From Gemmatimonadales bacterium (GTDB lineage Bacteria > Gemmatimonadota > Gemmatimonadetes > Gemmatimonadales > GWC2-71-9): a stretch of DNA of 64,000 nucleotides. This document shows, piece by piece, positions 34,014 to 45,200 of the stretch (positions are counted from its first letter, which is position 1; each line of letters begins with the position of its first letter). The position numbers and the translations under genes were made by a program. Under the pieces are notes generated by a model. It did no database searches, had not been told where the DNA came from, and worked only from the letters and a program-made list of their open reading frames with translations. Where the stretch lies: positions 12,375 through 76,374 of the forward strand of contig JBDIWC010000016.1 of the NCBI GenBank assembly GCA_039794085.1, given 5' to 3'.

Positions 34014-35281
34014 CGGTCGATCTCTCCCATCACGATGTCCACACTGGCATTGATGGCGATCACGTCGGAAAGCAGAACTCCCTCACACAGGGTGGGCAGC
34101 ACCGACAGATTGATGAAGGACGGGGGACGGATCCGCCAGCGCACCGGCTTGGCGGTGCCGTCCGACACCAGGTAGGAGCCGAGTTCCCCCTTCGGATTTT
34201 CGACGCCGAAATAGGCCTCGCCTTCGGGCGCCGCCACCCCCTCCATCACCTGCTTAAAATGGAAGATCATCGCTTCCATGTCGCTCATGGCGCGGCTCTT
34301 GGGGGGAAGAATCACCCGGGGGTCGTCCACATTGATCGGTCCCGGCTCCAGCCGGTCGAGGGCCTGCTCCAGGATTCGGGTGGACTGGAACATCTCCTCC
34401 AGACGCACCCGGTACCGGTCGTAGACGTCCCCATGTTCCCCGATCGGCACGTCGAAATCGTATGTTTCATAGTCCAGATACGGGCGATCCTTGCGCACAT
34501 CGTAGTCCACTCCGCTGGCCCGCAGCATCGGCCCCGTGAGGGACCAGTTGATGGCGTCCTCCCCCGAGATCGCGCCCACGTCCCGGGTGCGTCCGATCCA
34601 GATGGCGTTCCGGGTGAACATCGTGTCCACCTCGCGGAGCGTGTCGGGAAAGGTGCGGCAGAAGGTCCGCAGCCGGTCCGTCCATCCGTCCGGGACGTCT
34701 GCCATCATTCCCCCGACTCGCGTCAGGCTGGTGGTCAGGCGGGCGCCGGTCCACGCTTCCTGCAGGTCGTAGATGCGTTCCCGTTCCTGGAACGACCAGA
34801 GGAACGGAGTAAACGCGCCCAGGTCGATTCCCGTGGTGCCGAGCCAGACCAGGTGGCTGATGATCCGGCTCATCTCGCAGGCGATGACCCGGAGCACCCG
34901 GCACCGGGGGGTGATCTCGATGCCCATGAGCTTTTCCGCGGCCAGGGCGAAGCCCACGTTGTTCGCCATCGGAGAGAGGTAGTCGGTGCGATCGGTCAGC
35001 GGGATGATCTGATTGTAGTGCCGGTACTCACCGAGCTTCTCGAATCCCGAATGGAGGTACCCGATGTGGGGGACGACGCGCCGCACCGTCTCGCCGTCGA
35101 GCTCGACCAGCAGCCGGAGCACGCCGTGGGTCGCCGGATGCTGCGGTCCGAGGTTCACGATCATCGGCTCCGCCCCGGGATCGATGGCGGGGGAAGCGAC
35201 GCCGAGTGGATGGCGTACCGCCCGCCCCCGTTCGTCGAGGCCGGGAGTGGCCAGGGCCAGTTCCACGGTCCGGGTGGTCAT
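34010..35281 (-). CDS. nuoD: NADH-quinone oxidoreductase subunit D
   Basis: NLGPQHPATHGVLRL, GYLHSGFEK, ENPKGELG, DIVMGEIDR; ATG overlaps the nuoC stop. Confidence 0.97.
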   Translation of the reverse strand: MTTRTVELALATPGLDERGRAVRHPLGVASPAIDPGAEPMIVNLGPQHPATHGVLRLLVELDGETVRRVVPHIGYLHSGFEKLGEYRHYNQIIPLTDRTDYLSPMANNVGFALAAEKLMGIEITPRCRVLRVIACEMSRIISHLVWLGTTGIDLGAFTPFLWSFQERERIYDLQEAWTGARLTTSLTRVGGMMADVPDGWTDRLRTFCRTFPDTLREVDTMFTRNAIWIGRTRDVGAISGEDAINWSLTGPMLRASGVDYDVRKDRPYLDYETYDFDVPIGEHGDVYDRYRVRLEEMFQSTRILEQALDRLEPGPINVDDPRVILPPKSRAMSDMEAMIFHFKQVMEGVAAPEGEAYFGVENPKGELGSYLVSDGTAKPVRWRIRPPSFINLSVLPTLCEGVLLSDVIAINASVDIVMGEIDR

Positions 35282-35904
35282 CGGACTTCTCCCTTTCTTC
35301 CCTCGGACAGCCGTTGCCGCATGTCCGCGGGGAGCTCCCGCGAGGCGGCGGCCAGGGAGAGTTCCTCGTGGGAATAATGCGCCTCCGGCTCGGCGGCGAG
35401 CGCCTGCCGGACCTGCTCGGACCGGGAGAACCGTCCCCGCAACGGAAAGGCCTTTCGCAGGGGATGGCCCTCGGCGTAGGTCTCCCACATCAGAATGCGG
35501 CGCAGGTCGGGGTGCCCGGCGAATCGGATCCCGAACATGTCATAGACCTCCCGTTCCAACCAGTTGGCCCCGCGCCAGATGTCGGTCACCGAATCCACTT
35601 CAAGATCGGGGCTGTCGGCGGGGAGGGCGATCTTGACGCGCAGATCAGCCCGTCGAGTCAGAGACCGGAGCTGGTAGACGACTTCCAGGGGGCGCTCGGG
35701 ATCGCGGTACTCCACCGCCGTGATGTCGGTGAGAAAGTCGAACTTTTCCCCGGCGTTCTCCCGGAGCCAGGCCAGGATCTCGTGGGCCCGGTCCCGATCC
35801 ACGTAGACGATGGTATCGCCGCAGGAGACGACACTGCGACCGATGGCGTCCCCGAACATGGTCCGGAGTGTCGCCACGGAGGGCGAGAGCAAAGCGGCGC
35901 TCAT
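35278..35904 (-). CDS. nuoC: NADH-quinone oxidoreductase subunit C
   Basis: [35 protein letters not shown]. Confidence 0.96.
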   Translation of the reverse strand: MSAALLSPSVATLRTMFGDAIGRSVVSCGDTIVYVDRDRAHEILAWLRENAGEKFDFLTDITAVEYRDPERPLEVVYQLRSLTRRADLRVKIALPADSPDLEVDSVTDIWRGANWLEREVYDMFGIRFAGHPDLRRILMWETYAEGHPLRKAFPLRGRFSRSEQVRQALAAEPEAHYSHEELSLAAASRELPADMRQRLSEGRKGEVR

Positions 35905-36539
35905 GCGCTGCGGGTCTGGTGGATGGAGTTCCCGAACGGCTCCGACAGTTCGTCCACCCGGTTCGGCGGAAGGAAGAGCCCGGTTTCCGGGTCGGTGAGA
36001 TGCTCCACCCGCAGGGAGGTATCGGAGAGCCGTTCCCCGCGGATCTTCTTCTGAAGCAGCATGATGCCGTAAATCAGTCCCTCGGGCCGGGGAGGGCACC
36101 CGGGGACGTACACATCCACCGGGATGATGGTGTCGATTCCCTGCACCATCGCATAAGTGTCGAAGATCCCTCCCGTCGAGGCGCACGCGCCCATCGAGAT
36201 CGACCACTTGGGCTGGGGCATCTGATCCCAGACCCGCCGGATGATCGGCGCCAGTTTGAAGGGGAGCCGTCCGGCGCAGATGAGGACGTCGGCCTGGCGT
36301 GGCGAGAAACTCATCCGCTCCATGCCGAACCGGCTCAGATCGTACCGGCTGGCGGCCGACGCCATGAACTCGATGGCGCAGCAGGCGGTCCCGAACGGCA
36401 TCGGCCAGAGGGAGTTGGACCGGGCCCAGTTCGTGACCCAGCTCCCCAGCGCATCGAGGCGTGTCGTGAGAAAGTTGGCCGACGCCTCCGGAGGAAGGTC
36501 GGGGAGATCGGGTGCTTCCGTCGTGGGGGTCAATCCCAT
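35901..36539 (-). CDS. nuoB: NADH-quinone oxidoreductase subunit B
   Basis: [30 protein letters not shown]. Confidence 0.97.
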   Translation of the reverse strand: MGLTPTTEAPDLPDLPPEASANFLTTRLDALGSWVTNWARSNSLWPMPFGTACCAIEFMASAASRYDLSRFGMERMSFSPRQADVLICAGRLPFKLAPIIRRVWDQMPQPKWSISMGACASTGGIFDTYAMVQGIDTIIPVDVYVPGCPPRPEGLIYGIMLLQKKIRGERLSDTSLRVEHLTDPETGLFLPPNRVDELSEPFGNSIHQTRSA

Positions 36540-36895
36540 TGCAACGCTCCACGCTTCCAGATGTACACGTATCCGACCGCGAGAATGGCGACGAACACGA
36601 ACATTTCGATGAGGAGAAGTCCCGCGAGATCGCTCAACTGCCGCACCGCGACGGCCCAGGGAATCATGAAGACGGTTTCAATGTCGAAGATGATGAAGAG
36701 CATCGCCACGAGGTAGAACTTCACCGAGAACCGCTCCCGGGCATCGCCGAGGACGGGGACACCCGACTCATACGGCGCCAGCTTGACGGGACTGCGCCGG
36801 TAGCTGGACAGCATATGCGACAACATGAGCATCATGATCGCGTTGACGACCACGAATCCTAGGAGCACCAGCACTGGCACATATGGCTGCAACAT
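36530..36895 (-). CDS. nuoA: NADH-quinone oxidoreductase subunit A
   Basis: [28 protein letters not shown]. Confidence 0.97.
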   Translation of the reverse strand: MLQPYVPVLVLLGFVVVNAIMMLMLSHMLSSYRRSPVKLAPYESGVPVLGDARERFSVKFYLVAMLFIIFDIETVFMIPWAVAVRQLSDLAGLLLIEMFVFVAILAVGYVYIWKRGALQWD

Positions 36896-36943
36896 GAGAC
36901 CGAACCCCGGTGGCGGGTACCGTGACCGCAGGGACGAAGCCCA

Positions 36944-36972
36944 AATCTATACCGTTCCGGAACGCAGTTCAA
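36944..36972 (-). promoter_or_regulatory. Sigma70-like promoter of the nuo operon
   Basis: TTGAAC-N17-TAGATT; the spacer contains the perfect palindrome CGTTCCGGAACG. Confidence 0.6.
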
Positions 36973-37061
36973 GCCGCGCAATCGTCCGCAAATTGTGGTT
37001 CCGGCTATATTTACCGCGCACATCGTTCCCGTCCCCTTCCCTCTCGCCCCGGACCCGCCCG

Positions 37062-37640
37062 ATGTCCATCAAGTCCGACCGCTGGATCCGCCGCATGGCA
37101 CGCGAACACGGCATGATCGAACCCTTCGTCGACGGCCAGATTCGGGAGCCCGCGGCGGACGGACTTCGGGTTATCTCCTACGGCGTGTCGTCGTATGGGT
37201 ACGACATGCGGGTCGCCCCCGAGTTTCGCATCTTCACCAATGCGCTCTCGGCGATTGTGGATCCGAAAAATTTCGATGCCCGAAGCTTCGTCGAGTACGA
37301 AGGGGAGATCTGCCTCGTTCCCCCGAACTCCTTTGCCCTGGCCCGGTCGGTCGAGTACTTCCGGATTCCGCGAAACGTCCTCACCATCTGCGTCGGAAAG
37401 TCGACCTATGCCCGCTGCGGGATCATCACCAACGTCACCCCGTTCGAGCCGGAGTGGGAGGGGCACGTCACCCTGGAGATCAGCAACACCACTCCCCTCC
37501 CCGCCCGGGTCTACGCCAACGAGGGGATCTGCCAGGTCCTCTTCTTCGAGGCCGACGCCGATGATGAGTGTCAAGTGAGCTACCGGGACAAGGCCGGAAA
37601 GTACCAGGCCCAGCGGGGAGTGACGCTTCCCCGGATGTAG
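37062..37640 (+). CDS. dcd: dCTP deaminase
   Basis: [49 protein letters not shown]. Confidence 0.96.
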   Translation: MSIKSDRWIRRMAREHGMIEPFVDGQIREPAADGLRVISYGVSSYGYDMRVAPEFRIFTNALSAIVDPKNFDARSFVEYEGEICLVPPNSFALARSVEYFRIPRNVLTICVGKSTYARCGIITNVTPFEPEWEGHVTLEISNTTPLPARVYANEGICQVLFFEADADDECQVSYRDKAGKYQAQRGVTLPRM

Positions 37641-37643
37641 TGT

Positions 37644-37770
37644 GAAGTTCGAAGTGTGAAGTTTGAAGTTGTTCGAATTTCGGGCCGATGTCGCGGGAGC
37701 AAGATCGGGACGGTTCAATCCGGGGAGGGGCAGGACTCCTTCAAACTTCGAACTTCAAACTTTCAACTTC
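37644..37770. repeat. Inverted pair of heptamer arrays between the convergent dcd and sdhB stops
   Basis: Left GAAGTTC GAAGTGT GAAGTTT GAAGTTG (37644-37671); right CTTCAAA CTTCGAA CTTCAAA CTTTCAA CTTC (37739-37770). Confidence 0.88.
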
Positions 37771-37771
37771 C

Positions 37772-38533
37772 TCAGGCCGCTTCGCCGTCCCGCGACACCA
37801 GGCTGGCCCGAAAGAAATCGGCATTGAGCCGCGCGATCGCCTCCAGGGGAATCTCCTTCGGGCAGGCTTCGTGGCACTCCCCGAAGTTGGTGCACCCTCC
37901 GAACCCCGCCTCGTCCATCATGTGCACCATGGCCATCACCCGCCGGTGCCGTTCCGGCTGGCCCTGGGGGAGGAGGCCGAAGTGCGTCACCTTGGCGCCG
38001 GTGAAGAGCATCGCCGAGGCGTTCGGACAGGCCGCGACGCAGGCGCCGCACCCGATGCACTGCGCCGCGTCCATGGCACGGTCGGCCGCCTCCTTGGGAA
38101 TCAGGATGGCGTTGGCGTCCGGAGCACTTCCGGTGCTCGCGCTGATGTACCCCCCGGCCGCGATGATCCGGTCCAGCCCCGACCGGTCGACGATCAGGTC
38201 CCGCAGGACGGGAAACGCACTCGCTCTGAACGGTTCGATCGTGATCGTGTCGCCATCCCGGAAGAACCGCATGTGGAGCTGGCAGGTGGTGGTGGCCCGG
38301 TTGGGGCCGTGTGGCACCCCGTTGATCGTCATGCTGCATGCCCCACAGATCCCCTCACGGCAGTCATGGTCGAACGCGACCGGCTCGGCGCCCTTCGCAA
38401 TCAGATCCTCGTTCACCACGTCGAGCATTTCCAGAAACGACATCTCCGGATTGACGTCTGTGGCCTGCACCGTCTCGATCCGTCCCGGAACCGAGGGGCC
38501 GGCCTGGCGCCAGATGCGCAGGGTGAGATTCAC
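37772..38533 (-). CDS. sdhB: Succinate dehydrogenase/fumarate reductase iron-sulfur subunit
   Basis: [35 protein letters not shown]. Confidence 0.96.
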   Translation of the reverse strand: MNLTLRIWRQAGPSVPGRIETVQATDVNPEMSFLEMLDVVNEDLIAKGAEPVAFDHDCREGICGACSMTINGVPHGPNRATTTCQLHMRFFRDGDTITIEPFRASAFPVLRDLIVDRSGLDRIIAAGGYISASTGSAPDANAILIPKEAADRAMDAAQCIGCGACVAACPNASAMLFTGAKVTHFGLLPQGQPERHRRVMAMVHMMDEAGFGGCTNFGECHEACPKEIPLEAIARLNADFFRASLVSRDGEAA

Positions 38534-40443
38534 TTGTAGCTCCGGGTGGCGAGGTGGATGTTCTCGAAGACGAGTGGTTCCTTGTGGAGGATTGGAGGAC
38601 GGCCGTCGCCGGGGGTCTCCCAGGCGGCGACATAGGCGAAATCAACGTCGTTCCGCTTCGCCTCCCCATCGGGCGTCTGGTGCTCCTCCCGGAAGTGACC
38701 GCCGCACGACTCTTCCCGGTGCAGCGCGTCGATGCACATGAGCTCGGCGAACTCCAGGAAGTCCGCCACCCGGCCCGCCTTTTCCAGCGACTGGTTCAGG
38801 GCATCCCCGGATCCGGGCAGCCGGAGGTCGGCCCAGAACTCCTCCCGGAGCGCGGGAATCAGCTCCAGGGCCCGCGCCAATCCAGCCGCGTTCCGGGACA
38901 TGCCGCAGTGGTCCCACATGATCTTTCCCAACTCCCGGTGGAACGAGTCCACCGACCGGTGACCCCCGATGCCGAGCAGCCGGGTGATCCGCGCGCGGGC
39001 GGCGGCCTCGGTGGCCCGGACCTCGGGATGGTCCCGCGGGACGGGCGCGGGGCGCGTGGTGGCGAGATAGTCCGAGATGGTGGCGGGAATGATAAAATAT
39101 CCGTCGCCCAGTCCCTGCATCAGAGCGCTCGCGCCGAGACGGTTGGCCCCATGATCCGAGAAATTGGCCTCGCCCAGCACATGGAGGCCGGGGATGGTGC
39201 TCATGAGGTTGTAGTCCACCCAGAGTCCGCCCATGGCATAATGGGCGGCGGGATAGATCCGCATGGGCACTCGGTACGGATCGTCGCCGGTGATTCGTTC
39301 GTACATCTCGAAGAGGTTTCCGTACCGTTCCCGGATCGTGTCCTCGCCCAGCCGGCGGATGCTGTCCGCGAAGTCGAGATAGACACCCAGGCCCGTCTCC
39401 CCGATGCCCCGCCCCTCGTCACAGACCTCCTTGGCACTGCGCGAGGAGATGTCCCGCGGCGCGAGATTGCCGAAGCTGGGATACTTCCGCTCCAGGTAAT
39501 AGTCGCGCTCGGCATCGGGGATCTCGCCGGGCCGACGGGTGTCTCCCTGGTTCCGGGGCACCCAGACGCGCCCGTCGTTCCGCAGCGACTCGCTCATGAG
39601 CGTGAGCTTGGACTGGTAGTCCCCGCTTACCGGAATGCAGGTGGGGTGGATCTGGGTATAGCACGGGTTGGCAAACGCCGCCCCCCGGCGGTGGGCCCGG
39701 TAGCCCGCGGTGACGTTGCAGCCCTTGGCGTTGGTCGAGAGGTAGAAGACGTTCGCGTAGCCGCCGGTGGCGAGGATCACCGCATCGCCGAGGTGGGAAC
39801 TGATGTCCCCGGTCACCAGGTCCCGCACCACGATGCCCCGGGCATGGCCGTCCACCACGATGAGGTCGAGCATCTCGGTGCGGGGATGCATGGTCACGGT
39901 GCCCCGCGCGATCTGGCGTTCCAGGGCTCCGTAGGCGCCCAGCAGAAGCTGCTGCCCGGTCTGGCCCCGGGCGTAGAAGGTCCGGGACACCTGGGCGCCG
40001 CCGAAGCTGCGATTGGACAGCAGGCCGCCATACTCCCGGGCGAAGGGGACGCCCTGGGCGGCGCACTGGTCGATGATGTTGACGCTGATCTCGGCCAGCC
40101 GGTGCACGTTGGCCTCGCGCGAGCGGAAGTCTCCCCCCTTCACCGTGTCGTAGAAGAGGCGGTGAACGCTGTCTCCATCGTTCTGGTAGTTCTTGGCCGC
40201 GTTGATCCCGCCCTGCGCGGCGATGGAGTGGGCCCGCCGGGGCGAGTCCTGGAAGCAGTAGCACTCCACCCGGTACCCGAGCTCGCCGAGGGTGGCGGCC
40301 GCGGAGGCACCCGCCAGCCCGCTGCCCACCACCAGCAGGGTGTGTTTCCGCTTGTTGGAGGGGTTGACCAGTTTCAGGTCGAACTTGTGCCGGGTCCACT
40401 TGTCGGCCAGGGGGCCACCGGGAACCTTCGGATCGAGTGTCAT
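38530..40443 (-). CDS. sdhA: Succinate dehydrogenase/fumarate reductase flavoprotein subunit
   Basis: [48 protein letters not shown]. Confidence 0.96.
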   Translation of the reverse strand: MTLDPKVPGGPLADKWTRHKFDLKLVNPSNKRKHTLLVVGSGLAGASAAATLGELGYRVECYCFQDSPRRAHSIAAQGGINAAKNYQNDGDSVHRLFYDTVKGGDFRSREANVHRLAEISVNIIDQCAAQGVPFAREYGGLLSNRSFGGAQVSRTFYARGQTGQQLLLGAYGALERQIARGTVTMHPRTEMLDLIVVDGHARGIVVRDLVTGDISSHLGDAVILATGGYANVFYLSTNAKGCNVTAGYRAHRRGAAFANPCYTQIHPTCIPVSGDYQSKLTLMSESLRNDGRVWVPRNQGDTRRPGEIPDAERDYYLERKYPSFGNLAPRDISSRSAKEVCDEGRGIGETGLGVYLDFADSIRRLGEDTIRERYGNLFEMYERITGDDPYRVPMRIYPAAHYAMGGLWVDYNLMSTIPGLHVLGEANFSDHGANRLGASALMQGLGDGYFIIPATISDYLATTRPAPVPRDHPEVRATEAAARARITRLLGIGGHRSVDSFHRELGKIMWDHCGMSRNAAGLARALELIPALREEFWADLRLPGSGDALNQSLEKAGRVADFLEFAELMCIDALHREESCGGHFREEHQTPDGEAKRNDVDFAYVAAWETPGDGRPPILHKEPLVFENIHLATRSYK

Positions 40444-40452
40444 CTGCGGCTC

Positions 40453-41109
40453 CTACTGCACGACGCGGAAGAGAACGCCCACCACGATGGCCATGAAGCC
40501 GATGGGCACGAGGACCGCCAGCAGGGTGGCGAGACCACGCCGCGCCAGGTCGAGGTGGGGATGGCTGATCCCCAGAGTCTGGAAGAGGCTCCAGACCCCA
40601 TGATGGAGATGCAGGGCGAGGGCCACCATCGCCAGGAGATAGAACCCCGCGACCCAGGGGACCTGGAACCCGACGATCACGTTGGTGTAGACGTCAGTAT
40701 GACTGAAGGAGGGGTGGACCGAGCCCACGGTGAAGTGGAGCAGGTGGTAGACGATGAAAACCAGAAGCAGCACCCCCCCCCAGCGCATCGTGTATCCCGA
40801 CCAGGTGCCGGCCCGGTGGACCAGCCGGTCATACGACGCGGACCGGGCCGCGCGCGCGAGACGGGTGAGCGACCACGCGGCGTGGGCATGGAGCAGAACC
40901 GAGGCCAGGAGCGTGAGGCGGACGCCCCAGAGCACCACAGCCGAACTCTTGAGGAAGGCGGCGTACGCGTTCAGGGCCTCGGGACTCTTGTAGATGAGGA
41001 GATTCCCTGCGACATGCCCCACCACGAATCCGGTGAAGATGATTCCGGTCACGGCCATCACGATTTTCTTGCCGATCGTGGAGCCGTAGAACCGACCGAT
41101 CCAATGCAT
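40453..41109 (-). CDS. sdhC: Succinate dehydrogenase cytochrome b subunit (single-subunit anchor)
   Basis: STIGKKIVMAVTG, GHVAGNL, LLHAH, YHLLHF, LHLHHG; about 5 TM helices; ATG follows a GGAG RBS. Confidence 0.92.
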   Translation of the reverse strand: MHWIGRFYGSTIGKKIVMAVTGIIFTGFVVGHVAGNLLIYKSPEALNAYAAFLKSSAVVLWGVRLTLLASVLLHAHAAWSLTRLARAARSASYDRLVHRAGTWSGYTMRWGGVLLLVFIVYHLLHFTVGSVHPSFSHTDVYTNVIVGFQVPWVAGFYLLAMVALALHLHHGVWSLFQTLGISHPHLDLARRGLATLLAVLVPIGFMAIVVGVLFRVVQ

Positions 41110-41122
41110 GATATCTCCGGCG

Positions 41123-42055
41123 TCAGCCGTTGTCGATGACCTGCTGGACACTCCGAACCGCTTCGGCGGAGGCGTGCAGATCCCGGTGTTCAGCCTCCGT
41201 CAGGGTGACTTCCAGGATCGCCTCGATGCCGGCGCGACCGAGCTTGACCGGCACCCCGCAATATACATCCCGGAGGCCGTACTCCCCCTGCAGCCAGGCC
41301 GATGCCGGCAGGATGCGCTTCTTGTCGAGCGCGATCGCCTCCAGCATCTGGACCGCGGCCGCACTGGGAGCGTAGTAGGCCGAGCCCGTCTTCAAGTGCC
41401 CCACGATCTCCGCACCTCCGTTCCGGGTGCGGGTCACGATGGCCTCGAGCGCATCGGGGCTGAGAAGCTGGGAGACGGGGATGCCGCTCACGGTGGTATA
41501 GGACACCAGCGGAACCATCGTGTCTCCATGGCCTCCGAGCACCATGGCCTGGATGTCCTCCACGGATACCTGCATCGCCTCCGCCAGGAACATCCGGTAC
41601 CGGGCGGTGTCGAGCACTCCGGCCATGCCGATCACCCGTTCGCGGGGAAAGCCCGAGGCGGTCCGGGCCACATAGCACATGGCATCCAGCGGGTTCGAGA
41701 CGACGATGATGATCGACTCGGGGGCCACACGACGGATCTGCCCGGACACCGAGCGCACGATCCCCGCGTTGGTCTTGACCAGGTCGTCCCGGCTCATCCC
41801 CGGCTTCCGGGCGATGCCCGCGGTGACGATGAAGACCTCCGACCCCCGCGCGATCTCGTAGTCATTGCTGCCATAGACCCGGGCGTCGAACCCCTCGATG
41901 GGCGCCGATTGCCACTGGTCCAGCGCCTTGCCCTGGGGGATCCCCTCCACCACGTCCACCAGGATCACCTCGCGTGCCAGGTGCTTTTCGGCCACCCGCT
42001 GCGCGGCCGTGGCCCCGACGTTGCCCGCACCGACCACCGTCACCTTGTTCAGCAT
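41123..42055 (-). CDS. mdh: Malate dehydrogenase (LDH-like)
   Basis: VVGAGNVG, TAGIARKPGMSRDDL, MAGVLDTAR, LGGHGD. Confidence 0.96.
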   Translation of the reverse strand: MLNKVTVVGAGNVGATAAQRVAEKHLAREVILVDVVEGIPQGKALDQWQSAPIEGFDARVYGSNDYEIARGSEVFIVTAGIARKPGMSRDDLVKTNAGIVRSVSGQIRRVAPESIIIVVSNPLDAMCYVARTASGFPRERVIGMAGVLDTARYRMFLAEAMQVSVEDIQAMVLGGHGDTMVPLVSYTTVSGIPVSQLLSPDALEAIVTRTRNGGAEIVGHLKTGSAYYAPSAAAVQMLEAIALDKKRILPASAWLQGEYGLRDVYCGVPVKLGRAGIEAILEVTLTEAEHRDLHASAEAVRSVQQVIDNG

Positions 42056-42184
42056 GTCATATCCACATCTGAAGTTGTCGCCTCCCGCAGGATGCCTCCA
42101 AAACGTAACCCAGTTTAATCGGATGACGCCCGATTCTCCACCGCGCGGGGTGCGGATCCCGGGAGGCCCGTCGATTCTGACTCA

Positions 42185-42213
42185 TTGCGGTTCTGTCGGC
42201 TGTCCGATACTCT
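42185..42213 (+). promoter_or_regulatory. Sigma70-like promoter of the TonB-dependent receptor
   Basis: TTGCGG-N17-TACTCT about 55 nt upstream of the ATG. Confidence 0.45.
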
Positions 42214-42268
42214 TTGTCCTTCGTCCGATAGACCAGCAGGACCCCTTCACCCGTTCCAGGAGCGACGC

Positions 42269-45200
42269 ATGAGCACGCCTTCGCAGTGGCAGCCGGTTCG
42301 TGCAGGGTTCTGGTGTTGTCTGTTCCTCCTCGGCAGTGTCGTTCCCACCCGGCTGATGGCACAGTCCCAGGCGACCACGGGCGTGATCCGGGGCATCGTC
42401 TCCGACTCGGCGGGGAATCCGCTGCCCGGTGCCCAGGTGGTGCTCCGGAATCTCGAGACCAACGCGGAGCGGACCGTGACCACCAATTCCCGGGGGATCT
42501 TCGTCGGGTCCCTGCTGCGGGTCGGGGGGTACACGGCCACGGCCCGCCTGGTGGGTTACCAGGCAGCCCGGCGGGAGGGCCTGACTCTTCGACTGGGTGA
42601 GGTCCTGCAGGTGGATTTCCGGCTGGTCCCGGTGACCGTGCAACTGGCGGACCTCACGGTTGCCGTGTCGGAGCCGGTGGTGGATCCCACCCGGGTCGCC
42701 TCGGCCACCCGTCTGGAACCCCAGGTGGTGGCGGGGCTCCCCAACAACGGCCGCAACTTCCTGAATCTCACTCTGCTCACCCCCAACGTCGGGATCGTCC
42801 AGGGCCCCGATGGGGATGAGCTCACGATCGGGGGACAGCGGGGTATCCACAACAACGTGAGCGTGGACGGGGCCGATTTCAACAACCCCTTCTTCGGGGA
42901 ACAGCGCGGGGGTCAACGACCGGCGTTCACGTTCAACCTCGACGCGATCCAGGAAATCGTGGTGGTCTCCCAGGGAGCCAACGCGGAGTTCGGTCGCTCG
43001 GGAGGTGGCTTCGTCAATGTGATCACCAAGTCGGGCACCAATGAGTTCCGGGGCACGGCACACTACTTCGGGAAGTACGATGGACTGTCCAAGGACTTCC
43101 GCACCGAGAATCCGAACTTTCGCGGATTCGAGCCCGACTTCACTCAGCACCAGTTCGGCCTGACCTTCGGGGGGCCCATCGTGCGGGACCGGGCCTTCTT
43201 CTTCGTGGCCTACGACCAGCAGGAATTCAATTCCACCAAGCAGCAGGACCGCCTCTCGCTGATTGACCCCGCTCTCCGGGCCTTCACCGACACGGCCTTC
43301 GGGGGGGCTCTCCAGGGTGACTTCGGGGCGATCAAGCGCACCAACGACGCCAACGCCCTGATGGCCAAGGTGGACGTCCGGCTCGATGACCGGAACAACG
43401 CCAGCCTCAAGTACAACTACACGAACTCGCGCCAGGAGAACGGCACGTTCGACGTGGATCTCTGGGGTCGGAGTGCCAACGGTCTCGAGAGGGATTTTTC
43501 CCACGCGATCAACGGCAGCCTCAACTCCGTGCTTTCGTCCTCCGTCTTCAACGAGTTCCGCTTTCAGTGGGCCCGGGAGGAACGCCCCCGCCCCTACGAC
43601 GGCCCCGTCAACCCCCGCACCGGCCGCCCCTTCCCCGACACCGACATTTCGTTCACCGGGTTCCGGATCGGGATGCCGTTCTTCCTCCCGGTCGAGGCCC
43701 ATGATACCCGGTTCCAGGTTCTGAACAACATCTCCGTGGTCGAGGGGAACCATCTGTTCAAGTTCGGCGCGGAGTGGAACCGGACCAATGTCAAGCAGAC
43801 CTTCGTCGGGTTCGGCAACGGAAGGATGGCGTTCAGCTCCGTGGATGGGTTCCTGAACTTCGTCCGCCTGGGCAACGGGTATGTCGAGTGCTCCAACGGA
43901 TCCTCGTCGACGACGGGGTCGTGCCCGGCCGGAACCGAGATCACCGGGCCCGTGGTGCTCTATCTGCAGCAGGCGGGCGTCGGGGGCCTGACGGTGGAGC
44001 AGTCCGGCACCCAGTCCATCACCCAGAACGAGCTCGCCCTCTTCCTGCAGGACAGCTGGAAGCCGCACCCGAACGTGACGATTGACTACGGGGTGCGCTG
44101 GGAGGCCCAGATCCAGCCCGATCCCATCACCCCGGCGGAGGACGTGTTCTTTGCGCCCTTCCTCGGCCAGACGGTCACAAATCAGCAGGGCACCTTCGCT
44201 TTCCCTTCGGACGGCGGGATTCCGTCGGACTACTCGATGTTTCAGCCCCGGTTCGGCATTGCCTGGGACGTCAACGGGGATTCCCGCCAGGTGCTACGTG
44301 CCAGCGCGGGACTCTACTACGCGCGGACGCCCGGGCTGAACCTGGCCAGCACGAGGAGCACCAACGGATCGATCGGTCAGACCATCTTCCGCAACAGCGC
44401 CCTGACCGGGATCCTCGGCGCTCCGCCCAACTACGGGGAGCTTCTCCCCACGCCGACCGGGGCACCCTTTCAGCCCGGTGTCTTCGTGTTCGACAAGGAC
44501 TTCGAGAACCCCCGCACCTTCAGCGCGACCGTTGCGTACGAAAGAGAAGTGGGGGGAGGTGTGGCGGCGAGCCTGAGCTACACCCATGCCCGGACCGACA
44601 ATCTGACCCGGTTCATCGATCGCAATGATCCGGTTTTCGGTTCGCCCTGGGCCACCGGTCTTCCGGGGGGCAACGGCGTCGGGGTTCTCACCGTGGTCGA
44701 GAGCAGTGCCCGGTCACGCTACAACGGATTCACCGCCGGACTCAAGCAGATGCTTCACCGCGACTTCCAGTTCCAGGTGAATTACACCGTGTCCTTCGAC
44801 AAGTCCGACGATGACAACGAGCGGGATCCGTTCAGCTTCCGCTACGCCCGGGCCGACAACCTGGGCCCCGAGTTCAACTGGAGCGACCGCGACCAGCGCC
44901 ATCGGCTCAATGCGTGGCTCCTGGCCCGGATCCCGGGCGACATCTTCCTGAACAACCGGATGTCCTTTTCGTCGGCCCAGCCGACGTCCGAGAAGTGTGT
45001 GAACAATCGGCCCAGCGGGGAACGGGCCGTCGGGCCTCAGGACCGCATCTGTACCGACGGGACCATCCTCAAGCGCAACACCCTGCGCAAGGACAACGCC
45101 ACCTTCGCGTGGGACATCCGCATCTCGCGGCCGTTCCGCAGTGCCGGCGGCACGATTGAGGCGGTGTTCGAGGTGTTCAACATCACCAACGCCGACAACT

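Noticed and set aside
38554..41139. Long antisense ORFs (e.g. 861 aa here, 42182..44068, 25940..28057, 57259..58953)
   Set aside because: They mirror well-supported genes on the opposite strand, which is typical shadow-ORF behaviour in high-GC DNA, and they contain no recognisable motifs.
42056..42268. Riboswitch upstream of the TonB-dependent receptor
   Set aside because: The predicted leader is only about 50 nt and I see no cobalamin, TPP or other riboswitch consensus.
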